A stretch of 64,000 nt of DNA from an uncultured Victivallales bacterium (GCA_944391115.1 CALXSJ010000001.1:3169-67168); one strand, 5' to 3'; counted from the first letter of the stretch, positions 19,468 to 29,037 are shown. The notes: generated from the sequence alone by a model not told the origin. Numbers and translations are program-made.

Positions 19468-19622
19468 TTTATTCAAAAAAATCAGGTTAATCCCGCGATG
19501 CTCCGCATCGCCGGAAATAGCTTCGTGTTCTCCTTCCGGTCCTGCCGCGGTCCAGCTGCGCAAACTGGTCGCCGGAGGTGAAATTCCCGATTCCGCACAT
19601 GCTTGCATCGCGGTAATTTATT
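19468..19622 (+). repeat. Dispersed ~150-nt intergenic element, copy 1 (candidate non-autonomous IS200/IS605-like element)
   Basis: 19475-19514 matches 40803-40842 at 38/40 and 63819-63858 at 30/40 (hand alignment); hairpin GCGATGC-TCC-GCATCGC at 19495-19511; conserved middle block TCCAGCTGCG...GGTCGCCGGAGGTGAAATTCCCGAT. Confidence 0.9.
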
Positions 19623-19720
19623 CCGATACGTTCCGGAGAGGGGAGGAATTCATTTCCCGTCCGCAGTTTGCAACTTTCCGCAGTCGGTGCTATATTGCCG
19701 CTTTGAAACATGGAAGAGAC

Positions 19721-21916
19721 ATGACGCAGAAACAGAAAATCCTTTCCGTCATCATTCCCGTTTACAACGAGGAAAAGACCGTGGTATCGCTTCTGGACAA
19801 AGTGATGCGCTGCGGTGTTTCCGTGCCTCTGGAACTCATCATTGTCAACGACGGTTCCACGGATTCTTCGCCGGAATTGATTCAGAACTGGATCTCCGGA
19901 CAGAAGAAAAGCGCGGCGAAAATTGTTTTCCTGAACAAGGAGAACGGCGGGAAGGGATCCGCCGTCAAGGCGGGAATCCAGGCCTCGACGGGTGACGTCG
20001 TCATCATTCAGGACGCCGATCTCGAATATGATCCGCGCAATTATGAAGCCTGCATCCGGCCGATTCTCGACGGGGAATGCAAGGTTGTATACGGTTCGCG
20101 CGAAGAGGAGAACCGGAACCGCCTCTATTCGTCGCCGTCGTTTTATCTCGGCGGACTTCTGCTGACGTTCTGGATCAACCTGCTTTACAATGCGGATCTG
20201 ACCGACGAGCCGACCTGTTACAAAACCTTTGACGGTTCCCTGATCCGTTCGCTTCCGATTGACGGGAACAAGTTCGAGTGGGAGCCGGAGGTGACGGCAA
20301 AACTTCTGCGGGCGGGATTTGAGATCCGCGAAGTTCCGGTCGCCTATTATCCCCGGAAAATCACCGAAGGGAAGAAGATCAAATGGAAGGACGGCGTGCA
20401 GGGACTCTGGACCGCGTTCCGCTGGCGTTTCGCTTCCCTTAAAGGGATCCGCCGGACCCTCGGAGCTTCCGCGCCGGAACTCGGGAGCGCGCTCCGCAAT
20501 CACCGGAAAATCTCTCTGCTTCTCTGGAGTGTCTTCCTGCTGGCGCTCGTCATCCGTCTCTTTTTCGCGCTGCCTTCGCTCGGCAACCCGGATCTTCAGA
20601 TGCGCGCGGAAAGCGATGCGTTCCTCACATCCGCAAATCAGATTCTCAAGCACGGTGTTTTCCGGGCGCGCTACCCGTCCTGCATCGCGATATTTCCATC
20701 CGGCACGCCGGCATACGAAATCACGTCGCTGGACAATGTCCGCGCGCCGCTGTATCCCGCATGGCTCGCCGTCCTCTTCAAACTCTCGTCCGGGAGTCTT
20801 GTCTTCTGTATTCTTGCGGGGTGTCTGCTCGGGGCGCTGATCGTGTTTCCGGTCTTTTTTTCCGGCAGGCTCTTCGGTTCTCCGCATGTCGGGCTCGGCG
20901 CGGGACTCCTGTTCGCGCTGAATCCGACGGCGGTTGCCCTGAGTCCGATGTTCCTGCCCGACACGCTGTTCGCCTTTCTCGTCGCATTGCAGGGATATTT
21001 TTTCCTCCGTTTCATCAAAAGCGCGTTCGGCATGAATCTGATCTGCGCGATTCTCCTTGCCGGGGGCGCCGCGCTGATCCGGCCTGCAAACGCGCTCTGG
21101 ATCATTCCCTGCGTGATCGTGATTCTCTTCTTCCATAAACTCCGCGCGCATCTGAAATTCAATTATGTCGTCATCTCGCTCCTGCTTTTCGCGGGTGTGA
21201 TTCTGCCGTGGATGTTCGGCAATCATCTTGCCGGAATCGGCTGGCGGATTGACACCATTTCTTCGGAGGCGCTGCTGAAAAACGCGTCCGCTCTGAAAGC
21301 GGATCTGGAAGGGAAGGGAAATCTTTTCACCCATATGGAGGCTTTCCGCCGGGAGGAGCGCGGCGTGTATGCCGCCGCGCCGGAACAATACGTCACGGTT
21401 GCCGCGCAGCTGCGCCATCGTGACAGAAAAATGCTGGATCTGATTTTCTCCCATCCCCTGCGTTATCTGAAAGTCCATTTCAGCGGGGACAGCCTGCGCC
21501 GGATCATCTCTCCGGATTTCAGCGCGCTGTTTGAAAATTTCAATATCGGCAGGACGGGAAACCGGCCGCCGGATTCTCCCTGGGCGCAGCCGGTTGCGTC
21601 GGGCGCGTTTGCCGCAACTGCCGTGCTGTACATGTTCTATGCGCTCGGGCTGGGTTGGTTTCTGCTTCTTTCGCTGGACCGCAGGCATTTCCTGTATTTT
21701 CTGATCCTGCTTCTGCTTGCGGGGTATTATCTTTTCATGCCGGGACCGATCGCGATTCCGCGCTACCAGCTTCCGGCGCTTCCGTTTGTCTGCGTCGCGG
21801 CGGCTTTCGGTCTGTTCCAGTTTTTCCGGATCCTCCGGAGGAAACCGCTTCTTCGCGGTCTGGAGCTCTCGCCCGGAAATGAAAGTGCGGAAGTGTCTGC
21901 CGGCGCGGTCCGCTGA
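19721..21916 (+). CDS. Fusion of a GT2 (polyprenol-phosphate sugar synthase-like) domain and an ArnT/PMT-like GT-C membrane domain
   Basis: N-terminal IIPVYNEE, VNDGSTD, GKGSAV, IQDADLEYDP, TDEPTCYK; then ~11 TM segments with RAPLYP, ALNPTAV, LPDTLF, RYQLP. One uninterrupted frame. Confidence 0.85.
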   Translation: MTQKQKILSVIIPVYNEEKTVVSLLDKVMRCGVSVPLELIIVNDGSTDSSPELIQNWISGQKKSAAKIVFLNKENGGKGSAVKAGIQASTGDVVIIQDADLEYDPRNYEACIRPILDGECKVVYGSREEENRNRLYSSPSFYLGGLLLTFWINLLYNADLTDEPTCYKTFDGSLIRSLPIDGNKFEWEPEVTAKLLRAGFEIREVPVAYYPRKITEGKKIKWKDGVQGLWTAFRWRFASLKGIRRTLGASAPELGSALRNHRKISLLLWSVFLLALVIRLFFALPSLGNPDLQMRAESDAFLTSANQILKHGVFRARYPSCIAIFPSGTPAYEITSLDNVRAPLYPAWLAVLFKLSSGSLVFCILAGCLLGALIVFPVFFSGRLFGSPHVGLGAGLLFALNPTAVALSPMFLPDTLFAFLVALQGYFFLRFIKSAFGMNLICAILLAGGAALIRPANALWIIPCVIVILFFHKLRAHLKFNYVVISLLLFAGVILPWMFGNHLAGIGWRIDTISSEALLKNASALKADLEGKGNLFTHMEAFRREERGVYAAAPEQYVTVAAQLRHRDRKMLDLIFSHPLRYLKVHFSGDSLRRIISPDFSALFENFNIGRTGNRPPDSPWAQPVASGAFAATAVLYMFYALGLGWFLLLSLDRRHFLYFLILLLLAGYYLFMPGPIAIPRYQLPALPFVCVAAAFGLFQFFRILRRKPLLRGLELSPGNESAEVSAGAVR

Positions 21917-21961
21917 GCGGCGGCAGTCTCCTGAAAAATCAAACTTTTTGTTCTTTCCCTC

Positions 21962-22016
21962 TTGTTTTTTTCTTTTTCCGATGTATAATAGATACCAGTA
22001 TCTGATACCGGTATCT
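21962..22016 (+). promoter_or_regulatory. Sigma70 promoter plus tandem palindromic operator
   Basis: TTGTTT-N16-TATAAT (21984-89), followed by GATACCAGTATC (21991-22002) and the perfect palindrome GATACCGGTATC (22004-22015). Confidence 0.75.
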
Positions 22017-22032
22017 AAAGAGGATCTCTTTG

Positions 22033-23079
22033 ATGGATAAGAAATCGGAATACGTGATTCTTTACGAGGAGCTGAAGCAGCATATCCGCAACGGCGAAAT
22101 TCCGCCGGGGAACAAGCTGCCTTCGGAACGGGGCTTCATGGAGACCTACCGGATCAGCCGGACGACGGTCCGGAGCGCGCTGGCGCTGCTGGAGCGGGAG
22201 AAGTATGTGAAAAAGCAGCCCGGCGTCGGCTGCATCGTTCTTTCCCGGACGGAAAAGGAACGGCGCGAGAAACTGCGGATCGGGATTTCCCTGTCTTCCG
22301 CCTCGGATCAGACTTACCAGACGCTGCTCTACGAATCCCTGATGCATGCGGCGGAACGCCTGAACGCCGAACTGATTGTGAAGAAGAACCATGAACTGAT
22401 CCGGGGCGAGGGGATCGACGGCGCCGTTTTCATTGCGAATACAAGCCCGGACGAGCTCCGGCGGATGGAAAAGGAATACCGGTCCGGCTGCCCGGTCGTG
22501 TTCATCAACCGCATGCCGGTTCATCCGCAGTTCGCCTATTTTGCCGTGGACTATGAGAACACGTCGCGGAAACTGGTGGCGCGGCTTCTGCGGAACGGAG
22601 CTGAACGCATTGCCATGATCGGCGGGGCGGATCATCCGGGCGACCGGTATTTTGCGGATTATACAAGATCGCAGGGCTGGCGCGCGGCTTACCGCGAGCT
22701 TATGGGCCGTGTGCCGGAAGAACTGCTGTTCCGCACCGGGGAGCTGTATGCGGACCTGGATCTGGTGCGCCGCAGAATCGAACGGTTGCAGCCGCAGGTG
22801 TTTTTTGTTTCCTGCAGCAGTCTGCTGTCTGTTCTCTCCGTGATTCTGAAGCAGATGAACATTGCCGTGGGAAAAGATGTCAGTGTGATATGTTTCGACA
22901 ATGTGGAACGGATCGCGGAAAATATGCGGATTCCGATTTCCTGTTTGAAAATGCCGTTTGCCGAAATGACGGACCGGGCGCTCTCCTATCTTCGCGCCGC
23001 GCAGCGCGGGAATGTGCCTGTCCCGAAGGAGATTCTTGAGGCTCAGCTTGTTGTGGATCAGTGCCATTATCTGTTTTGA
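22033..23079 (+). CDS. GntR-HTH plus LacI-type sugar-binding domain regulator (AraR-like architecture)
   Basis: [23 protein letters not shown]...PGVG wHTH; periplasmic-binding-like C-domain ([14 protein letters not shown]). Confidence 0.9.
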   Translation: MDKKSEYVILYEELKQHIRNGEIPPGNKLPSERGFMETYRISRTTVRSALALLEREKYVKKQPGVGCIVLSRTEKERREKLRIGISLSSASDQTYQTLLYESLMHAAERLNAELIVKKNHELIRGEGIDGAVFIANTSPDELRRMEKEYRSGCPVVFINRMPVHPQFAYFAVDYENTSRKLVARLLRNGAERIAMIGGADHPGDRYFADYTRSQGWRAAYRELMGRVPEELLFRTGELYADLDLVRRRIERLQPQVFFVSCSSLLSVLSVILKQMNIAVGKDVSVICFDNVERIAENMRIPISCLKMPFAEMTDRALSYLRAAQRGNVPVPKEILEAQLVVDQCHYLF

Positions 23080-23117
23080 GAGAAAAATTTCAAAATAAAA
23101 AACAACGGGAGGAAAAA

Positions 23118-23972
23118 ATGATGGGTGGGAGACGCATTGCGGTAGGCATGGAGAGAACGGAGCGGTTTTGCGCCGGAACGGGAGTCCTGATCCGGAGGAA
23201 TTTTACCTTGATAGAGCTCCTCGTCGTGATTGCGATCATCGCGATTCTGGCCAGTCTGCTGATGCCGGCATTGACCAAAGTCCGGGAGAAGGCCAGGGGA
23301 ATCCAGTGCGTCAGCAACCTGAAGCAGGCGGGAACGGGAATGCTGATGTATGCCATGGATTTCAATGACTATGCGCCGCTGTCCTACAACACCAGCGACA
23401 GCGGAAGCAAATACAAGCCCGGCTGGGCGGGCATTCTCGCCACTCCCATCGATTCCGCGGACAACAAGGATATTGCGCAGGGATATATCCGCAACTGGAA
23501 GGTTTTCCATTGTCCGTCAAGCAACAACATCCCCGCTCCGGACAAGTACAATTCCGCGAATACCTATGGCATCTGGGAAAGCTGGAACAATCCCGCGGCC
23601 CGTTATGTGGTCAGCCTTTCCGGCGGCAGGCAGTTTGTCGCCCTCCCGATTCGTCTGGTGAACAAGCTTTCCTCCACCATGTATGCGATCGACAATACAA
23701 AGGCCACTCCTTTCACCAATGTGAACGTCGGTTACTGGGCGTCCTCCGCCGACTCCACCGCATTGAGACACAACAATGTCGCGAACGCGGTCTGCTTCGA
23801 CGGGCATGTCAGCTCCAATACCCGGGGCGACTTCATCAGCAAGAGAATTTACCGGCATAACATGAAAGAGTCTTATTTTGTCGATTATGCAAAGTATCAG
23901 GAGGCGATGAAGGATTACCGCGGCTTCAGCAGCGGTTATCTCAGCAACAATATGCAGATCAATCTGCGTTGA
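23118..23972 (+). CDS. Prepilin-type N-terminal methylation protein with H-X9-DG motif (DUF1559-like)
   Basis: RRN|[24 protein letters not shown]...CVSNLKQ; FHCPS; [16 protein letters not shown] (H-X9-DG); RBS GGGAGG. Confidence 0.9.
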   Translation: MMGGRRIAVGMERTERFCAGTGVLIRRNFTLIELLVVIAIIAILASLLMPALTKVREKARGIQCVSNLKQAGTGMLMYAMDFNDYAPLSYNTSDSGSKYKPGWAGILATPIDSADNKDIAQGYIRNWKVFHCPSSNNIPAPDKYNSANTYGIWESWNNPAARYVVSLSGGRQFVALPIRLVNKLSSTMYAIDNTKATPFTNVNVGYWASSADSTALRHNNVANAVCFDGHVSSNTRGDFISKRIYRHNMKESYFVDYAKYQEAMKDYRGFSSGYLSNNMQINLR

Positions 23973-24054
23973 CTGTTTCACTGGATCTCCCGCCATGCTG
24001 TGGCGGGGTGTCACAGGCGATTGCGGGAAAACTGCAAAATAAACGGGAGTTTTC

Positions 24055-26379
24055 ATGCTGCTGAGCGGAATATTATTGAGTCTGTTTGTTCTCTGCGCGT
24101 CACTTTCCGGCGCGGAAACGGAGAAGGCCGTTGCGCTGGAGCGGATGCGGGAGGCGCGCGCGGGTTCTCTGATCCGCGGTCATCTGCTCGGCAGACAGGA
24201 CTGGAAAAAGGTCCTGGAGCTTCTGGACGCGGACGGTTCGTTCCGCGACCTGAAAGAGTTTGAAAAGGAGATCGCCGAAAAAGATCTGCTGCGGAAGGAG
24301 CTTTCCTACACGGAACCCCAGGCGCGGATTCTCGCCATGACCACGAAAGCCTTCCGGCGGCTCTGGACGCTTTCCGAGGCGCTTCGCAAGGGAGAAATTC
24401 CCGCCGGTCGCAGCGGGGATGTCAGACGGCGCATTTACAAGGCCGTTGCGCGTTACGGCGGCATCGAGGTGAACCGTCTCAGCACTCATGCCGGACGCTG
24501 GACGAATTCGGCATTCTTCATTCCGACCGTTGCCGTCAATCTTTACTTCGCCGACTTTCCCGCTATGAAAGATGTGGAAAAAGGGGTTCTGAAGGATCCC
24601 CTTGCCCTCGGCGCCTGCGAGATGCTGAAGAAAATCGCGTTTCAGGCGTGGAGCCAGCCGATGCGCGGCGACGCGACGGATCGGAACATCATCTCGCCGG
24701 AACGATTCCGCGGGAATACGCTCTATATCGGCGGCAACGCCGTAGGCTACCGCCCGCTGCTGGAAAGCGCGCTGCTCATGAGTTCTCCTGAAATGGTTGA
24801 TGTTGTCGCGGAAGTCGCACGGGCATCGCTCGGGATCACTTCCCAGACCACGAAGGGAATCTCATTCTGGGACGAGGGGTTTACGGCGGACGGCGCAGGA
24901 TGGGGGCATGGACGGCAGACACTCGTCTGGGGTTATCCGATCGACGGCGCGACCGGGGGGCTTTCCATTCTGAAAGAGCTCAAGGGAACCCCATGGGACA
25001 GGCCGTTTTCCCGGGAAATGGCGGAAAACTGCATGAACTTCATCCGGGGATCGAACTGGTATTATTACAAGGGATATCTGGCTCCTCTGGTCAGCCGCGA
25101 CAATTTCCGCACTTCATACGGCAGACAGGTTCCGATCCGGACCGCTTTCATGGCAAACTTCCTGCTTGCGCATTTCCCGGACAGTTTCACTCCGGACGAA
25201 CGGAAGGAACTGAAAGCGTTCTGCCGCGAGGCGCGGCGGATGGACATTTCCATGAAGGAATACGGCCCCGGCGTCTATTCCGGCATCCGCTATTTCTACA
25301 ACAACGACGACATGATCTGCAAGAATGATTCCTGGTACATGTTCCTGAACATGGCGTCCTGCCGCTGCGACGGACTCGAGAGCGGATCCCGCGGTTTCAA
25401 TATGTTTGCCAACGACGGCGCAACGTTTTTCGGGAGGACGGGCGGCGAGTTTTATGAAGTCTGCTCCGCGATGAATCCGAATTATTTCCCGGGCGTGACC
25501 GCGCGGATTCTTGAAACGCTGGAACCGGAAGCCAACTGGAGCGGCTATTGCAGCGCAAGGAATCTTGCCGCCGGCGTTACGGACGGGAAGGAGAATTTCG
25601 CCGCCGGTTTCCAGTTTGAGAAATACAACGCAACCTGGAAGTATTCCGAGTGGAAACGGAAAAAGCGTTTCGGGGACAATCCGCGCCTTTCCGGCGTTTC
25701 CGCCGTGAAATCCTGCTTCCGGTTCGGTGATCTTTTCATCCTGCTTGCCAGCGGGATCACGGATGCCGAACCCGCCAACGGCGGCCGGCTGGTCACGACG
25801 ATTGAACAAAGCGTCCGGAAATCCGACTTCGCGCAGCTGGACGGTGCGGGGCGCTGGTTCCGCAACAACGGCTTTGTCTACGGAATTCTTTCCGGGACGG
25901 GAAAAAGCATTGTCGAAACGCGTCCCATGAAACCCGAAAAAATGCACAGCGGCAACCGGAAGACGACCGGTTCCGTCCCCGTCTTCCAGTTCTGGATCGA
26001 CCACGGCGTCAATCCGGAAAACGCATCCTGCGCCTACCTGGTTTCCGCGAACGGTTCCGTTCCTGCGAAGTATCCGGCGATCCTGAGCAATACGCCGGGC
26101 GTGCAGGCGGCGCTTTCTCCGGATGGTCTGTGTGCCGGGGCTCTTTTCTTTTCGGAGAAATCCCGGCTCGAGACTCCGTGGGGAACCCTTTCCGTTTCGG
26201 CTCCCTGCGCGCTGCTGATTCAGCAGGAGAAGAGTCTCCTGCGCATTACGGCGGCTGACGCGGCGATGAACCGGAATCTTTCCGAACTATCCATCACGCT
26301 CGGAGCGCGGAAACTGAACCTCCCGCTGCCCCGGGAACCGTTCCGCGGGGCTCAGGCCGCAGCCTCCGTCGGGATCTGA
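24055..26379 (+). CDS. Polysaccharide lyase family 8-like (chondroitin/hyaluronate lyase) secreted enzyme
   Basis: Signal peptide; helical N-domain with GFTADGAGWGHGRQ...WGY; beta C-domains (FWIDHG, YLV, ILSNTPGVQAA, VSAPCALLI, ITAADA) typical of Lyase_8/Lyase_8_C. Confidence 0.75.
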   Translation: MLLSGILLSLFVLCASLSGAETEKAVALERMREARAGSLIRGHLLGRQDWKKVLELLDADGSFRDLKEFEKEIAEKDLLRKELSYTEPQARILAMTTKAFRRLWTLSEALRKGEIPAGRSGDVRRRIYKAVARYGGIEVNRLSTHAGRWTNSAFFIPTVAVNLYFADFPAMKDVEKGVLKDPLALGACEMLKKIAFQAWSQPMRGDATDRNIISPERFRGNTLYIGGNAVGYRPLLESALLMSSPEMVDVVAEVARASLGITSQTTKGISFWDEGFTADGAGWGHGRQTLVWGYPIDGATGGLSILKELKGTPWDRPFSREMAENCMNFIRGSNWYYYKGYLAPLVSRDNFRTSYGRQVPIRTAFMANFLLAHFPDSFTPDERKELKAFCREARRMDISMKEYGPGVYSGIRYFYNNDDMICKNDSWYMFLNMASCRCDGLESGSRGFNMFANDGATFFGRTGGEFYEVCSAMNPNYFPGVTARILETLEPEANWSGYCSARNLAAGVTDGKENFAAGFQFEKYNATWKYSEWKRKKRFGDNPRLSGVSAVKSCFRFGDLFILLASGITDAEPANGGRLVTTIEQSVRKSDFAQLDGAGRWFRNNGFVYGILSGTGKSIVETRPMKPEKMHSGNRKTTGSVPVFQFWIDHGVNPENASCAYLVSANGSVPAKYPAILSNTPGVQAALSPDGLCAGALFFSEKSRLETPWGTLSVSAPCALLIQQEKSLLRITAADAAMNRNLSELSITLGARKLNLPLPREPFRGAQAAASVGI

Positions 26380-26584
26380 CTGGAAAAAACGGCATTTGCC
26401 TGCGGCGTACCAGCCTTTCCGCAGCGTCCGGCGGACCTCTTGCCGTTCTGCGGCGCACAGAATATCCGGCATTTGTCATTGTTCCGGTTTTCAGGATTTC
26501 CAGACATTGCGTCCGGTCTGCCCGGAAGTTGCGGGACGGGACGGGGCGAGAGCCGGTATTCCACGGGAAAACAATCCGCGCAGC

Positions 26585-26613
26585 TTGCAAAACCGGAGAA
26601 GACGGTGTATATT
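26585..26613 (+). promoter_or_regulatory. Possible sigma70 promoter for the symporter
   Basis: TTGCAA-N17-TATATT upstream of an AT-rich leader. Confidence 0.5.
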
Positions 26614-26703
26614 ATAAGGTTTTAAATATCATATTTTTATAACAATGCAACAAAACATGAACAGGGCCGGAACAGAGAAAGGAAAAGCAAGGCAATGACG
26701 TGA

Positions 26704-28968
26704 TTGGACTGGATGATTGTAATCATCCCGATGGTGCTGTTGATCGGCGTGGCGATTTATTCCCGGAAGTATGCGCGCGGCGTAGTGGATTTTCTTGCCG
26801 CCGGACGTATCGCGGGGAGGTATGTGATTTCTGTGGGCGACATGACGGCGGGACTGTCCGTCATTACGCTTGTGGCGGGAGCGGAACAATATTACCAGAC
26901 CGGATTCGCGGTCAGTTTCTGGTCGGCGATCACGGCGCCGGTCGGCGTGTTCATGGCGCTGACCGGATATTGCGTTTACCGCTGGCGGCAGACCCGGTGC
27001 CTTTCGTTCGGGCAGTTTCTGGAGCTGCGCTACGGGAGCAAGTTCTTCCGCATTTTCTGCGCCGTGCTGCGCACGATTGCGGAAATGGTGACGAATGCCA
27101 TAGGACCGGCGATCGCCACCAATTTCTTCATCTATTATCTCGGGCTGCCGCATCATATCATGATCTGCGGAATCAATCTGCCCTGTTATCTGATTATTGT
27201 AACGCTCTGCCTCTGTCTGGCGATGGTTTTCATCTGGCCGAGCGGACGCATTTCGCTCCTGATCACCGACTGTTTCCAGGGGCTTCTCAGCTATCCGATC
27301 TTCGTCATCATCGTCGGCTACATCATTTTGAATTTCTCATGGAACAACGACATTGCGCCCGTCATGTGGAACCGCGTGGAGGGCCAGAGCTTCATGAATC
27401 CCTACGACATCAAGCAGCTCCGCGATTTCAACATCTTCGCGCTGATCGTGACCCTGCTCGGCTCCGTTCTCAACCGCGCCGGATGGATCGGAAACGACAC
27501 CAGCGGAACGGGAAGAACCCCGCACGAACAGAAAATGGCGAACGTGCTCGGTTCGTGGAAGAACGGTTTCTCCTACATGATGATTCTTCTGCTTGCGATC
27601 GTTGTGATCGTGTTCATGACGAGTCCGCACTTTGCGAACCCGGACAACCGCTTCAAAGTCTCCAACACGCAGATCCGGCAGGAACTCTCCGCGAAGATTC
27701 TGGACGAGGTCATTTCCGACAATTCCGTCAAGGCGAAGGTGATCGACGAAATCCACAAGATTCCGCAGACGCTGACCAGCGAGACATGGGAGGCTCCCGT
27801 TTCCCAGAAGAACAATCCGGACACTCCTTATTTCGCCGCGGTCAGAAACACGCTCGGCGACACGCCGGAGGCGCGTTATCAGTTCCAGAAATACCGCTCG
27901 CTCTATCAGCAGATGATGATGCCCGCCGTGGTAAGCAGGATCTTCCCCGTCGGCATGCTCGGACTCTTCTGTCTGCTGATGATCATGCTCCTGATTTCGA
28001 CCGACGACAGCCGGATCTTCAATGCATCGTCAACCCTGATGCAGGACGTGATTCTTCCTCTCTTCAAAGGCCGTCTGCCGCAGGAGCTGCATCTGCTGCT
28101 GCTGCGTCTCACGAGTGTGGGGGTTGCGGTTTTCTTCCTGATCGTTTCGCTCTTTTTCGCCCAGCTGGACTACATCAACATGTTTACGACGATCATGTGC
28201 GCGGTCTGGCTCGGCGGGGCGGGGCCGATCATGGTGTTCGGGCTCTACAGCCGCTTCGGCAATCTGACCGGCGCGTGGTGCGCGATCATTCTGGGATCCG
28301 GAACTTCCCTGCTCGGACTGATTTTCCAGCGGAACTGGGCCAAGAACATCTACCCGATCCTGGAGCAGAACGGCATGGTGGAGCCGCTGAACTCCTTTCT
28401 CGAAACCGTTTCGTCGCCCTTCAATCCCTGGATTGAATGGAGTATGGATCCGGTGAAATTTCCGATCAACTCCTTTGAAATCTACTTCATTTCCATGATC
28501 CTTTCCGTCGGCGGATATATCGTCGGATCCTATCTCACCTACAAGCCCTTCAATCTGGACAAGCTTCTGCATCGCGGCGCCTACGCCGACCCGGACGATG
28601 CGGTGCAGCCTCCCGAACCCTGGACGATCCGCAACATTTTCAGCAAGCTGATCGGCATCACGAAGGAATACACGCTCGGCGACAAGATCATCGCCTATTC
28701 CGTCTTCGGCTACTCGATTGTCTATCAGATCGGGATCGTGTTCATCATGATCGTCATCTGGAATGTAATCAGCCCGTGGCCGCATGAATGGTGGACGGTC
28801 AAATTCTACATCACTTCGCTGATTATTCCCGCCATTGTCGGAATCATCTCGACGGTCTGGTTCCTGATCGGCGGCATTCATGACGCGCGCCGGCTGTTCA
28901 TCGACCTGGAAAAGCGCGTGGAGGATCCCAACGACAACGGACAGATCCTTTCTTCCGATCGGAAATAA
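26704..28968 (+). CDS. Sodium:solute symporter (SSS) family protein; the natural ATG (26695) is separated from it by an in-frame TGA
   Basis: DFLAAGR, YRWRQTRCLSFGQFLELRYG, LISTDDS, many TMs; upstream reads ATG ACG TGA TTG GAC TGG ATG. Confidence 0.85.
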   Translation: MDWMIVIIPMVLLIGVAIYSRKYARGVVDFLAAGRIAGRYVISVGDMTAGLSVITLVAGAEQYYQTGFAVSFWSAITAPVGVFMALTGYCVYRWRQTRCLSFGQFLELRYGSKFFRIFCAVLRTIAEMVTNAIGPAIATNFFIYYLGLPHHIMICGINLPCYLIIVTLCLCLAMVFIWPSGRISLLITDCFQGLLSYPIFVIIVGYIILNFSWNNDIAPVMWNRVEGQSFMNPYDIKQLRDFNIFALIVTLLGSVLNRAGWIGNDTSGTGRTPHEQKMANVLGSWKNGFSYMMILLLAIVVIVFMTSPHFANPDNRFKVSNTQIRQELSAKILDEVISDNSVKAKVIDEIHKIPQTLTSETWEAPVSQKNNPDTPYFAAVRNTLGDTPEARYQFQKYRSLYQQMMMPAVVSRIFPVGMLGLFCLLMIMLLISTDDSRIFNASSTLMQDVILPLFKGRLPQELHLLLLRLTSVGVAVFFLIVSLFFAQLDYINMFTTIMCAVWLGGAGPIMVFGLYSRFGNLTGAWCAIILGSGTSLLGLIFQRNWAKNIYPILEQNGMVEPLNSFLETVSSPFNPWIEWSMDPVKFPINSFEIYFISMILSVGGYIVGSYLTYKPFNLDKLLHRGAYADPDDAVQPPEPWTIRNIFSKLIGITKEYTLGDKIIAYSVFGYSIVYQIGIVFIMIVIWNVISPWPHEWWTVKFYITSLIIPAIVGIISTVWFLIGGIHDARRLFIDLEKRVEDPNDNGQILSSDRK

Positions 28969-29037
28969 GCGGAAGAAGCTCCCCCGGGCAGGAGAGAGGG
29001 AGACCCGGAGGAGCGGGAGAGAGTCCATGGAATTTCC

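Noticed and set aside
19468-19622. TTTATT flanking copy 1 as a target-site duplication of a classical MITE
   Set aside because: Left and right motifs differ in copies 2 and 3 (TTTATT/TTCATT, TTCATT/TTCATG) and there are no long TIRs; a fixed target plus fixed terminus fits better. Not fully excluded.
26701-26703. Genome-wide UGA=Trp (or Sec) recoding
   Set aside because: Many conserved genes here end correctly at TGA (nrdJ, mraY, pepF, rpe, gspF), Trp is encoded by TGG throughout, and the position is not a redox Cys site.
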